The notes under the pieces were generated by a model that made no database searches, was not told the origin of the DNA, and was given only the letters and a program-made list of their open reading frames with translations. The translations under genes and the position numbers were made by a program. Shown piece after piece: positions 1 through 11,870 of a DNA stretch of 64,000 bases (position 1 is the stretch's first letter; each line of letters begins with the position of its first letter). Source of the DNA: Albugo candida (Eukaryota); NCBI GenBank assembly GCA_040437565.1, contig JBDOQK010000002.1, positions 62,001 through 126,000 of the forward strand. Reading direction: 5' to 3'.

Positions 1-17
1 CAGTTCTGACACTTGAG

Positions 18-599
18 GTGTACGAAGCCATTGACAGAATACCGACACCCGTCACAACATTGCCTCTCAACCTTCCATTCGAGCATGAGCACATATCGAG
101 TCTTTTAAGCATTTCTTCAGCGGCTATTCCAGAATACAGCAAATACGACTATGAATTCTCAATGGAAACAGTTACCGAACCCAATATTCCGAACAAGTCG
201 AAAGACATATACTCTGTGAATCGCAAAGTATTTGACGAAGAGTACATCAATCACACAATGCGAGTCAATGAAGTACAGGAGTGGCAGATTTCGACTCGGA
301 ATTATGGAAGTGGATGTGATCCCATGCAACATAGTCAACTTCCATGCAAACGTCTCGTGCATCCGTTCCACATTCACGCGACTAACTTCCAAATCGTTGC
401 GAAAGAAAAAGATTTCGATCCATTTGATTTGCTGTATGAAGTTGGCCAATGGCGCGATACGATTCCGATTTACCATGAGGCCAAGATCTTGATCCGATTC
501 ATGCCGAAAAACCATATGATTGGTAGAATTCTGACGCATTGTCACATCTCATCGCATTCTGATCAAGGAATGGCGCAATTGACGCAAGTTGTGGCTTGA
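18..599 (+). CDS. Multicopper oxidase, C-terminal cupredoxin domain (5' part lies outside the window)
   Basis: Copper-binding motifs HPFHIH and HCHISSHSDQGM, plus WRDT. Confidence 0.9.
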   Translation: MYEAIDRIPTPVTTLPLNLPFEHEHISSLLSISSAAIPEYSKYDYEFSMETVTEPNIPNKSKDIYSVNRKVFDEEYINHTMRVNEVQEWQISTRNYGSGCDPMQHSQLPCKRLVHPFHIHATNFQIVAKEKDFDPFDLLYEVGQWRDTIPIYHEAKILIRFMPKNHMIGRILTHCHISSHSDQGMAQLTQVVA

Positions 600-653
600 T
601 GTGGACTACACTATGCATGTCGTACTCGAAAATAGTGTTATACAAAACGTTGG

Positions 654-3242
654 ATGAGTCCAAGTACAAGTCGAGAAGCGCTACTTGGAGAAGCGCTCCG
701 ACGAGCCGAAACGCATGCGTCTGAGATGAAACGAGCGATGGATGCAAACGAATTGGATAATTTTCTGTCAAATGCTGCATCTTGCTTCCAAGAATTACAA
801 ACAGATCATTTGTCACCGAAAGAATACTATCAATTATGTACGACCTTTTGATCGGACCATCCGATTTTGCAGTCATATTGCTTTCCGTTGTGTCAGATAC
901 AAAGATTTCGGATGAAATGAGTCAATTGGGAGAGTTCCTGAAGACTTTGAAGGGCTCTGATACGAGTGCACAAGAACTGTATGAACGCGTACAATGGAAC
1001 CCTCGTATCATTCCTCGATTGTAAGCGTTCTGCTTTTTGTTTGTACTGTTGCATCCCCGAACGAAACGTTTGTGCTAGATACACGCTCATTAGCGTCGGT
1101 ATGGTTCTGATGGATGAGAAGCCGGTGCTGGAGATCCTGGCCGATCTTCTGGATATGGTGAAAGGCGTTCAATCACCCTTGCGTGGCCTCTTTCTTCGCT
1201 ACTACTTGATGACTACCTGTAAAACACATCTGGCTCGCTGCAAAGACTCGGTTGAAGATATGGTCGATCTTTTGATGCACAATTTGTCAGAGACAAGTCG
1301 ACTTTGGATTCGTATACAGAAGCAAAATCTCGACAGTAGGATGAAAAATTCAATGGAGCGGGAAAAGGAACGAAGAGAGCTTCAAGTGTTGGTCGGAAGT
1401 AGTTTAGTGCGACTGAGTGAACTGAATGGATTGACCTCGCAGATTTACTCGGATCGGATCTTACCACCAGCACTGGCTCTGATCACAAATTCCAAGGATG
1501 AACTCACGCAGCAATACTTTTTGGATTGCATAATTCAAGTCTTCCCGGATGATTTTCACGTGCAGAATGTCGACTTATTGCTGGACACTTTCACCAAATG
1601 CCTCGAAAATGTCGATGTCGCAAGCATTTTGAAGACACTTTTGGAACGCTTAAAAAATCACAATGAATCTTTAAAAGCTTCCCAGTCAATATTCGCATGG
1701 AAGGTGCAAAACGAAGAAGTCGATCTCTTTCATCAGCTTTTGAGAACAATTGTCAGCATTTCAGAGAAAAGCAGGAGAATGAGCTACGTCCTTTCAACGT
1801 CAATGGTTTCATTGTTCATAGCGATTGTCAAATCACATGAAGGCTGGCTGCGAGGAGATGTGGAACGTATCACCGATTTTGTCTCATGCATATCGACTTT
1901 TGTTCAGTTCCATTGTGAAGATCTCGAGCACGAGTTGGACGTACGGAAAAGCGAGTTCGATAATGCCATTGAAGATTTACTGTTGGCTGTATTATGCATT
2001 TTACGAGTGAGCGATTGCGATCAAGTGAGTAATTTGCTCAGTCTGATAAAAGCGCTTCCTCACACGTCGCAAAAACGAATCGCAGTCGAATGGATACAAC
2101 TTATTATTCGACATAAAAGTCGAGTACGAACAGAAAAAGAAGCCGAGATACTATTTGAGATGCTGATGCCATTGATTCGCGACGACGTTGCAGAGACGTG
2201 CATCACATCAATTTCAACTTTGAAAACTCCGAACGCGTCTGCAACGATCGAAAAAGAGCGAGTTTTGCTGGCAAAAATTGTCCATTTTTTATATTCGGAA
2301 GACCTGGATGTCAAATATCGGATATTTATTTTAGCAAGGCAAAAGTTTGGACAAGGTGTTCTCAGGCTTCGATATACTTTGATCCCGTTGATTCACTGCT
2401 CTCTGGCTCTGACGCAGCAGCTCAAGCAAGCGACAACTCACAAAGAAGAATCCTCACAATCAGAAGGGATATCACCGCGCCAAGTCTTACAGTTTGTACA
2501 TGAGATGGTCACTGCATTGGCGTCCAAATCAGATCAGATGTCACTTTCTTGTGTGAATTTATTCCTCCAATGTGCCATTGTTGCCGACTTTTGCGAATTT
2601 GAAGCGATCACATACGAATTTATTACTCAAGCATTGATCGTATACGAAGATCAAATTATCGAGTCTCGTGATCAATCGAAAGCGCTGGAATTGATATCTG
2701 CGTCCTTACGTGCGACCACTTCTCTATCGCCCAAGGGATATGAGACTTTGGCAACAAAGATCACACAATTTGGAGCAAAAGTGATCAAGAAAGAAGATCA
2801 AGCACTCGTGATCCTGTCTTGTGCTCATTTATTCTGGGTACGTCTCGCTTGTGGAGAGTCGCCTTTGCTGACAACGACACTTTCACAATAGCATCCGTGT
2901 CATCACAATGGGAAACTCGTATTAGAATGTCTTCAACGATCACTTCGGATTGCAGATGGATTAGAAAAATCGACCAAACAGGTTTCCTTATTTCTGGAGA
3001 TCCTCGAGGCGGTACGTCGATCATCTTGGGGATGTACTGCATCTCTCATTGTGTTCTGTGAATAGTACTATCATTTTCACAGCCTCCAGGTTGCAGAAGT
3101 AAGTCAGCGATATCTCACTGGTCTGCTTGCTCTTGTGAAAGAACACTTGGAGAATATGGAGCATGATCAAGCGAGAATCGACAACGAAATACGGTATCGA
3201 GCGATTCACAGCGTTATCAGCGGCAATGGCTTCTCAGACTAA
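654..3242 (+). CDS. VPS35: Retromer subunit VPS35 (multi-exon)
   Basis: Motifs LSPKEYYQL, ELYERVQ...IIPRLY, KGVQSPLRGLFLRYYL, QQYFLDCIIQVFPDDFH, CAHLFW and LECLQRSLRIAD. GT-AG introns near 838-896, 1021-1078, 2838-2891 and 3012-3065; stop TAA at 3240-3242. Confidence 0.95.
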
Positions 3243-3979
3243 AGAGCGTTGGATGGGATTATGCATTACACAGGGAAGCCATTTTGTGGAACTTTGTCGT
3301 CTCGCGCACTCTCTGATACAATGTCTTTGCTTTGTAAACCAAACGGTTGGCATTTGGCAATCCGATATGATATGATGCATTTCATCGTATAAATGGATGT
3401 CGCACGTAATAATTGGTAAGTGTTCCACTCAGCGAGTAGCAATGATAACCACTCGTTCAAGCCGATAAATTTGCTACCATACAAACTTTACGTTAATGTC
3501 GGACCGCATTCCTTTATTGTTGTAGACAGTTTATCGAGCACACCTTCCGCCTGAATAAAGAAATAGTCTCTGACTCCTTCAGCACGGTTGATTGATCGCA
3601 TCATAAATGCACGGTAAATACCAGGGTTGTCCTCGAAATACATGCCCATACTGACTCCACAACGTGATCGCCATTATCAACTGAGTTATTAAACGAGTGA
3701 TAATGGAGTCTCCAATGTCGACTGGAGCTTGTGTGTTTTCTAATAAACTTGATATTTGATGAATGAAACCACGCTATTCCTTCAAGTGTGATAGATCGTA
3801 GCGTGATAAGACTTTGTTTCCGACGATAGATCGAGTCATTAATCGCAATGGTTGTGTATCGGTACAATGGTCGTGTGACGATATGTTAGTAATACCTTGC
3901 TCCAATCTTAGAGCCAAAGTCCAAACAGCGGCATTTCAGATGCGCTTCCCCTTGTGTTTACGGGTGAATAAACTGATAG

Positions 3980-4878
3980 CTATAGTGAAATTGTGTGATT
4001 TTGATTCGTTCGATCCGACTGTATATGGTACTCAGTAACATTGATAGGTTCCTCGCCATCGACTCCACCTACTACATTTGTACTCAATGTAGGTACACTA
4101 GGTGTCGGCTTTCCTGCTTTGGTTTTTTGCCGTTCTTCTTTCTCATTCTGTATCAAATTCTGTTGCAATTGTCTCCATCCAATTAATTGTAACCTGTTCG
4201 ATGGCGACGATATCGCGTTAACGTTGTTGTATGGTCCCTCTGCTTGTGCTCGACGTCGATAACGCCGAAAACACGACACCCGGCGGTAAAATAACACTAA
4301 TAATAAAACGGTTTGTATAACCATAAACAATAATATGAAATAATGGTAATTGTTACTTTGCGATTTCGCAGGAAATAACTGATCACCGTCCATTACACAT
4401 AAATTACCGATTGAACCTTCCCAATCGGGATCTTCACACTGTTGTAAACACACACAACCTCTGTAACCCACACAGTAAGAAAACTGCGACATTTTGTTCG
4501 CCTCAGTGCATTCTGCGCAAACGGAATCATTTGCGACGCAATACGTCGAATTGATCGCTGGAAAATACGTAATGGTATGGTGCGTTTCGTTTCGAATGCG
4601 TCGGTAGTCAAGTTGCGGAATGTAGGCTGCAATACTCTTACAAATCCCATTCGATGTCAAAACGCATCCCTGCACAAGATATGAGTAACGAGGAAAGATT
4701 AGTAAAACTCATAACAAACCTCTAACTCAAGCTCTGCTACTCTATTGAGACAGTCAAAACACGTTCGAGGCTTACGACAGGCTGCGCCATACTCTAATCC
4801 ATAATACATACACGTTGCTCCGGTCGATCGATTCGAAGGAGTAATCGACATTACAGATGAAGAAGACTTCTCTGCCAT
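3980..4878 (-). CDS. Cysteine-rich single-pass membrane protein (two exons)
   Basis: Exon 1 MAEKSSS...CRKPRTCFDCLN splices (intron ~4671-4719) into GCVLTSNGIC...CVGYRGCVCLQQCE. TM segment YFILLFMVIQTVLLLVLFY followed by basic residues. Confidence 0.75.
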
Positions 4879-5057
4879 CGCTCCATCCAGTTTTTACTCA
4901 GGACCTCAGAAATGCGAATTGAGTATCGAGTATTCAGTATTCAGTGTCGAGTACTAATATCGAGTATGGGTTCGACTTCTCATATACATTACTTCGCATA
5001 AAAGTGTACATCTGAAAGAATATGATATTCTTTCAAGGGTAGGGTTCACTTATAACT

Positions 5058-7076
5058 TTATCTATTCGAAAACTGTTCACTAATTTTCACATTTTCATAC
5101 CGTTTTTCTTCCAAAATCGCGAGAAGTTCACTCTTTTGACGTTTTACGCTTTGACGCCGCGGTGTTCTTGATGATTTGATTTTTGAGGGTAGATTAGGTG
5201 AGGGATCGTCATTAGGTACCTGCGCTTCTGTGCAAGTGAACACAAACGGTTTACCTGTCGCATTCTATAAATTCCTTGTTAGAACTTATCAAAAGTTGAT
5301 GCAAAGTAGACGCACCGTGCTAAACCTGGTGCTTTTTTGGAGCACGTGACTGAAAGAAGATGATGACCGAAACATGTTGTCCCGCATCAACTTTGAAGAT
5401 ATAGAATCGTCAACAATGGACTGCCTTGCATCCAAACTTTTTGATACGTCCGTGCGTCGAAGTTCTCGCATGAGCTACACATTCGGTCAACATCGAATAT
5501 ACATAATAGTATACTATACATACGGTACCTCACACGCGTCTTCATCATTATCCGAAGAAGCAAACGCGGTATTGCTTAGCTTTTCCGTTGCAGTCTCAAT
5601 CGTTTCTTCCTGCTGTTGCAAGTTTTTCCATCGCCGGATCCGTCTATTCATTTTCGCGCGCTCTGAAAAGACCTTCATCTCTTTTTTCTCTCGTTCATCA
5701 TCTGACGCAGAATCATCTTTCACCAAAGTTTCCTGCTCCTCTTCAGATTCAGACTCAGACTCAGAAGTGATGTAAATTTTTGGCTGATTCAAATGTCGTT
5801 CTCGAAGTTTCCGTTCCATTTCCATTTCTTCATCTTCGATGTTTTCCGTCGCATCTTTCCCATCCAATACTTCTTCGTCCGAGTCGAGCAGTCCAAGTCG
5901 AGCAGCTTCGTTCTTGTCGCCGTCTAAAGCCACGAGTTCGTCGAGATGAAATCGTCCGCGCGCGGTTTCCGGCAGCCCGCTCGATGAGAAGACTCGGCGA
6001 TTGCGACCGAACCCTTCTTTTACATTCCGCATCACTGCACGCACTCTTTTACGATCAATCTCTTCTTCTTCTTTTCGGAATAGTGTATCCAAGTCTCGTT
6101 GTTCAGCCAATTCATCGTCCGAGAGCTCGTCGACAATTCCTTTAAGGTCGTCGTCTTGCAATTCTAAAGCCTTTCGCTCCTCTTCCGCTTCTTTCTCTCC
6201 TTGCGTCATTATGCGTGCAACTCCGAATCCAAAATCGCCCAAACCTCCAATTTGAAGTACATTTTCCTCTTCTTCTTCTTCAGCTTCTGATTCGACAAAT
6301 GCACCTTTAACCAAACGTTTGCGCTTTCGAGCAATCGCCGATTCTTTATGTACAAGTTCGCGAAATATCGAGGCTTTATCACGGTTCTCATTCTTTGTTT
6401 TCTGTTTGGGACTTGCTTCTGTCTGTATCGGATCATCACTCAGTGTATCCTCTTCAATAACAGGCGATTCCAAAGTATCCCCTTTGAATGGCTCCGTTGA
6501 TTCTGACGGTTCTTCCTCTTGTATCTCAGATGGTTCGGAGCTACGTTTTATTTCTGATTCATCTGAGTCGGCGTCGTATGCAATTGGTTCTGATTCCTCA
6601 TTCAATTGCAATTTCATCTTTTCATCGTTTTGGAGTTTCTTCAACTGTTCTTCGAAAGAAGAGTACCCAAATAGCTTTGCCATTCCTGCTGAACCTTGTT
6701 TGATTGCTTGGTGACGAAGACTTTTCAGTAAACTTCTTTTTTTCGATGCAGCGGGTCCGGCGGGAGCTGCAACTGGCAGGCGAACTGTTTCGTTCTTTTT
6801 TGACTGAGGCGGAAGACGGGCGTCTGAATTATCTGATAGAGTGTAAAAACTCTCCAATTTTGTGCGTTGCGATTGCTGTAGCTCTTCTTTTCTTTTTTTC
6901 AGCTTCACGACCAGCTTCCGCATCGCTTTGTCATATTCCGATAATTCTATTTCGTTCAATTCTTCACTTCCAGCTATTGATGCTTGATCCTTGACGACAG
7001 GTTGATGTGGTTTCTGACATTGGATTTCTTGCAGTAAAAGTTGTGTCTCTAATGCTAATTCCGCACAAGTTTCCAT
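5058..7076 (-). CDS. Claspin/MRC1-like replication checkpoint mediator
   Basis: Acidic protein with MRC1-like segment FVESEAEEEEEE...GGLGDFG...DLKGIVDELSDDE. Two probable 3' introns join to the 5058-5250 exon. Confidence 0.7.
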
Positions 7077-7283
7077 CGTATTACTTGACTGCAAAACTTG
7101 CTGATTCCCACCAAAAATATTTCTGATTCTGATGATTTTGGGCGAATCGAATAATAATACATAGTGCCCAATCAAATTGGGTTAACGAATAGCTGCCACA
7201 TATGCGCAATAGCTGTCAATATTCGACTGCGCGTATACGCGAAGTAGAAGCAATAATATCTGATCTATGCGATAGTGCTTGAA

Positions 7284-7526
7284 TCAATCAGGATCTTCCA
7301 TATCAAAAGGATCTCCGACTTGGACACCTTGCCTAAACAGTCGATTCTTCTTGTCATAGAGTGATTTAGTATCCAAAGACGCGTACGGAGCGTTGATGAT
7401 TTGTTGTAAGGGATCTATTGACGTGAGATCGTCTTCATTTAGCATCATATCTGAAATTAGAATACCACTGAGAGCCGTGAAAAACAGAATCGCAGCAGAA
7501 CGAATAATGATGGTGAAAGTCTTCAT
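7284..7526 (-). CDS. Small hypothetical protein with N-terminal hydrophobic segment (~80 aa), copy 1
   Basis: ATG-started ORF MKTFTIIIRSAAILFFTALSGILISD...; identical copy at 8935-9177. Confidence 0.5.
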   Translation of the reverse strand: MKTFTIIIRSAAILFFTALSGILISDMMLNEDDLTSIDPLQQIINAPYASLDTKSLYDKKNRLFRQGVQVGDPFDMEDPD

Positions 7527-7683
7527 AGAGGTTTCTGCGCAAGTGTCGGATATGATGCTATTATTAGATACTTCCAAATATCTGACAGCCCGAAATCTGT
7601 CGCATTGCTGGTGGAAAATAGGGAAGGGGTATAGTACGAAAGTTGGTGTGAATCAAAAGAAAGAAGGCTTCACACTAAAGTGC

Positions 7684-8788
7684 TTAAAACTGCGAGCCTT
7701 TTTTATTCCCAATGCCCCGCGGATTCGCATCTTTCCAGTCATCCCACTCGCGATCTTGTAAAGTTGCCTTATCTACAAGCTCCGCAACATCTTCATCGCC
7801 ATCTTCCTCCAATTGTTCGATCCTTCGCGTTGGCGCTGGTGCATTTCTGTAATTTTCACGACTTTGAGGTAGCACTGTAACATGTCAAAGTGAACGTACC
7901 TCTGACGTTCGTCTCGTTCTTTGGCTTCTTGCAGTTGTTCTTCCGCATACTGCTCCAAAGAAACCGTAGGAAGGCGATGGCCAGATTGGAACACGCCACC
8001 TCGGATTACTTCACGTTTCATCTCAAATGGTGATGCGATCCGCGTCACGGTCTATCGAGTACATGTCAGCGATGTATGCATGTACTCTACACAATTCATA
8101 CAATTCCCTGCTTTTGTGGAACCACATCATTTTCGAACGGAATGTCCATTGCGGAAATGCTTTCCAGCATATTTCGCTCTTGATTGTTCGCACTCTGCTC
8201 ACTCAGAGACTTTAAGACTGCAAGTTCAAGAAAGACCAGCAACATTTCTCGTTCCTTCTCTTCGTACTCGTCGCACAACTCCTGATCTTTTAGCTTGCTT
8301 CTAGACGCGATTATGTCCGCATACATAGTCTCAAATTGCTGCAACCTATTTTCTAATTCGCGTTGTCGATGAAAGCGCTCGATTTTGACTTCACGATCAA
8401 CTGTATACTGCTTCGAATCCATCTTTCGATACTGCTGTTTCCGCTCTTTTTGCGATAACAGGTTGATCACTTCCATTCGATCCAGAAATTCCGTGTGGAA
8501 AGCATCCGCTTCTTGCAACATTTTAATCCGCAATTGCATGCTTTTCGTGCGGTCGAGGTCAGCAATTCGTTGTTGCGGTATACAAATTGCTAGATAAAAT
8601 TCCAACAAGACAGCATATAGCTGCTCATTGGTCATTTCATGAAATTGCTCGTTTGATGCGAGTAGGGATTCTCGTTGGCGTTGTTGGAGGCATTGGAACA
8701 CGTACTCCAGCAATGATGCCATACGTCGATCGTACGACGTATTATTTGACTTGTCGGACCCTTCCAGACCATTGAAATCACGATACGC
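7684..8788 (-). CDS. TAP42/IGBP1 (PP2A alpha4), partial duplicate copy truncated by a gap
   Basis: Identical to 9335-10439 and ends at the N-gap; probable assembly duplicate. Confidence 0.6.
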
Positions 8789-8934
8789 NNNNNNNNNNNN
8801 NNNNNNNNNNNNNNNNNNNNNNNNNNNNNNNNNNNNNNNNNNNNNNNNNNNNNNNNNNNNNNNNNNNNNNNNNNNNNNNNNNNNNNNNCGCGAAGTAGAA
8901 GCAATAATATCTGATCTATGCGATAGTGCTTGAA

Positions 8935-9177
8935 TCAATCAGGATCTTCCATATCAAAAGGATCTCCGACTTGGACACCTTGCCTAAACAGTCGATTCTT
9001 CTTGTCATAGAGTGATTTAGTATCCAAAGACGCGTACGGAGCGTTGATGATTTGTTGTAAGGGATCTATTGACGTGAGATCGTCTTCATTTAGCATCATA
9101 TCTGAAATTAGAATACCACTGAGAGCCGTGAAAAACAGAATCGCAGCAGAACGAATAATGATGGTGAAAGTCTTCAT
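8935..9177 (-). CDS. Small hypothetical protein, copy 2
   Basis: Identical to 7284-7526. Confidence 0.5.
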   Translation of the reverse strand: MKTFTIIIRSAAILFFTALSGILISDMMLNEDDLTSIDPLQQIINAPYASLDTKSLYDKKNRLFRQGVQVGDPFDMEDPD

Positions 9178-9334
9178 AGAGGTTTCTGCGCAAGTGTCGG
9201 ATATGATGCTATTATTAGATACTTCCAAATATCTGACAGCCCGAAATCTGTCGCATTGCTGGTGGAAAATAGGGAAGGGGTATAGTACGAAAGTTGGTGT
9301 GAATCAAAAGAAAGAAGGCTTCACACTAAAGTGC

Positions 9335-10478
9335 TTAAAACTGCGAGCCTTTTTTATTCCCAATGCCCCGCGGATTCGCATCTTTCCAGTCATCCCACTC
9401 GCGATCTTGTAAAGTTGCCTTATCTACAAGCTCCGCAACATCTTCATCGCCATCTTCCTCCAATTGTTCGATCCTTCGCGTTGGCGCTGGTGCATTTCTG
9501 TAATTTTCACGACTTTGAGGTAGCACTGTAACATGTCAAAGTGAACGTACCTCTGACGTTCGTCTCGTTCTTTGGCTTCTTGCAGTTGTTCTTCCGCATA
9601 CTGCTCCAAAGAAACCGTAGGAAGGCGATGGCCAGATTGGAACACGCCACCTCGGATTACTTCACGTTTCATCTCAAATGGTGATGCGATCCGCGTCACG
9701 GTCTATCGAGTACATGTCAGCGATGTATGCATGTACTCTACACAATTCATACAATTCCCTGCTTTTGTGGAACCACATCATTTTCGAACGGAATGTCCAT
9801 TGCGGAAATGCTTTCCAGCATATTTCGCTCTTGATTGTTCGCACTCTGCTCACTCAGAGACTTTAAGACTGCAAGTTCAAGAAAGACCAGCAACATTTCT
9901 CGTTCCTTCTCTTCGTACTCGTCGCACAACTCCTGATCTTTTAGCTTGCTTCTAGACGCGATTATGTCCGCATACATAGTCTCAAATTGCTGCAACCTAT
10001 TTTCTAATTCGCGTTGTCGATGAAAGCGCTCGATTTTGACTTCACGATCAACTGTATACTGCTTCGAATCCATCTTTCGATACTGCTGTTTCCGCTCTTT
10101 TTGCGATAACAGGTTGATCACTTCCATTCGATCCAGAAATTCCGTGTGGAAAGCATCCGCTTCTTGCAACATTTTAATCCGCAATTGCATGCTTTTCGTG
10201 CGGTCGAGGTCAGCAATTCGTTGTTGCGGTATACAAATTGCTAGATAAAATTCCAACAAGACAGCATATAGCTGCTCATTGGTCATTTCATGAAATTGCT
10301 CGTTTGATGCGAGTAGGGATTCTCGTTGGCGTTGTTGGAGGCATTGGAACACGTACTCCAGCAATGATGCCATACGTCGATCGTACGACGTATTATTTGA
10401 CTTGTCGGACCCTTCCAGACCATTGAAATCACGATACGCTTTCGCGTAATCAAAGCATACGATTTCTGTGTTGCTCAT
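9335..10478 (-). CDS. TAP42: TAP42/IGBP1 (alpha4) PP2A regulator (three exons)
   Basis: Motifs DREVKIERF, VFQSGHRLPTVSLEQYAE and the C-terminal DREWDDWKDANPRGIGNK. Confidence 0.92.
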
Positions 10479-11389
10479 ACGTTCTTGCTTGGTATACGCG
10501 TATACGAATATACCACACTAATTTTATTATTATGCACCTTTTTCTGGTTCGAGTACTTTTAATATTTCCACACTATCCTGAATACTCCGCATTCACAAAC
10601 TTGCAAATATGGACAACGTTTCTATCCATTCACAAGTGCTCCGTCCGTATCCATATACATAACTCCACTCATGTGGTAGCCAACTTTGACTCACATAACC
10701 TGATAAGAACCCGTCTAGACCAACTCACGATTAAACATAATCGCGCAATCGCAATAATCCTTGCCAAATATTTTAGCTTTAATGATTCCAGTGCGCAAGT
10801 AGTACCTAATGCGTGCAAATTTAACTGATTAGAGTTGCCATTTTTTCCATTCGCTCGAATACGTAATCAATCAGGGCCCGTTCATTGCGTCCTCCTCATT
10901 TACAGATACGTTTTCGTGCGATTGATGTAGTAATAAGATGATGGATTTACGAAGCAATGTCGCATACGTCTTTTGATGAGGATAATGTTCTTTGAGAGAT
11001 GCGGTCGCAGGGATAAACAATACAATGCCTTACGCTCAGAAGGGAGAGCATCTGAGTAGACAAAGAAACTCCGGAGAAGCATGCTTTTGACTGATGTTTT
11101 CCCAGGGCTTCGAGCAATATGAAGTATCGACTATAAATTCCAGCCGTGCTGTTTTGATGGAAGTGCAAAGGATCGAAGCATTCCTCAGCTTCGTACTCTC
11201 GCTTATTCGTCAAACAAAAGGTGTAATTGCACACCACAATAAGAGCCCCCAATGTTTAATTGTTTTGGTGCAATGCAATTTGCGTTTCAAATTACATTAT
11301 GAGACAATGAAGAAATGGACACACACAAAAGTACTATGAATTCCGTCGCATAGTTTTATTTACTGTTAAGTGGACAGATGAATGAGAAC

Positions 11390-11629
11390 TTAATCCGCTT
11401 TTCCTCTTCCGGTTGCCATGTTGTATTCTCCACGAAGTACTTGTGCAAATCCAAGACCACTCAAGCCAAGAATCAGATAAAATATATTTTTGTCTGATTT
11501 GCGCACCAAATACGTCGGCGATTTCTTGTGTGTGAACAAGGTCTGATCTTGAGGTACATGATTGGGCTTATTCACCAAGCCTGATACTCCTCGCTGCTGT
11601 ATAAAGGATGTTATGAAACGTGCTCTCAT
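11390..11629 (-). CDS. Cytochrome c oxidase subunit VIIa-like small protein
   Basis: Presequence-like N-terminus, then NHVPQDQTLF...PTYL..SDKNIFY (compare COX7A NKVPEKQKLF...PVHLKG..D..LY) and one TM helix. Confidence 0.7.
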   Translation of the reverse strand: MRARFITSFIQQRGVSGLVNKPNHVPQDQTLFTHKKSPTYLVRKSDKNIFYLILGLSGLGFAQVLRGEYNMATGRGKAD

Positions 11630-11870
11630 TTTTATATCTCCAAAGCTCGCGTTTAAAGTTGTCGTATTGTCGTATTTATTTCTGGTTTCATGAGGCCTCT
11701 AATCGAGTGAATGCCATCAATGCAGAATATTATAGTCCTGTTTCCTTTACCAATTGATATAAATGTCATATGATATTGAAGGTACCTTCATACATTGATT
11801 CGTATCTACTCTCTATAGTATTACGTTTTCGCGGGACCTCTGATCATTCCCTGCGATCGCCTAGTCAATC

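Larger units (their letters stand above)
7238..10439. repeat. Exact direct duplication 7238-8788 = 8889-10439 across a 100-N gap
   Basis: Same sequence at offset 1651 on both sides of gap 8789-8888. Confidence 0.95.

Noticed and set aside
5374-6994. Multiple plus-strand Ser-rich ORFs
   Set aside because: Antisense shadows of the acidic claspin-like CDS.
8096-8938. 280-aa TAP42 variant with a different N-terminus
   Set aside because: Translation runs across an N-gap in an exact duplicate.
10532-11339. Short ORFs or a possible thioredoxin-like relic (YYYINRTK...GGRNERALIDYV)
   Set aside because: No CxxC motif, frames are broken, and the similarity is too weak to call.
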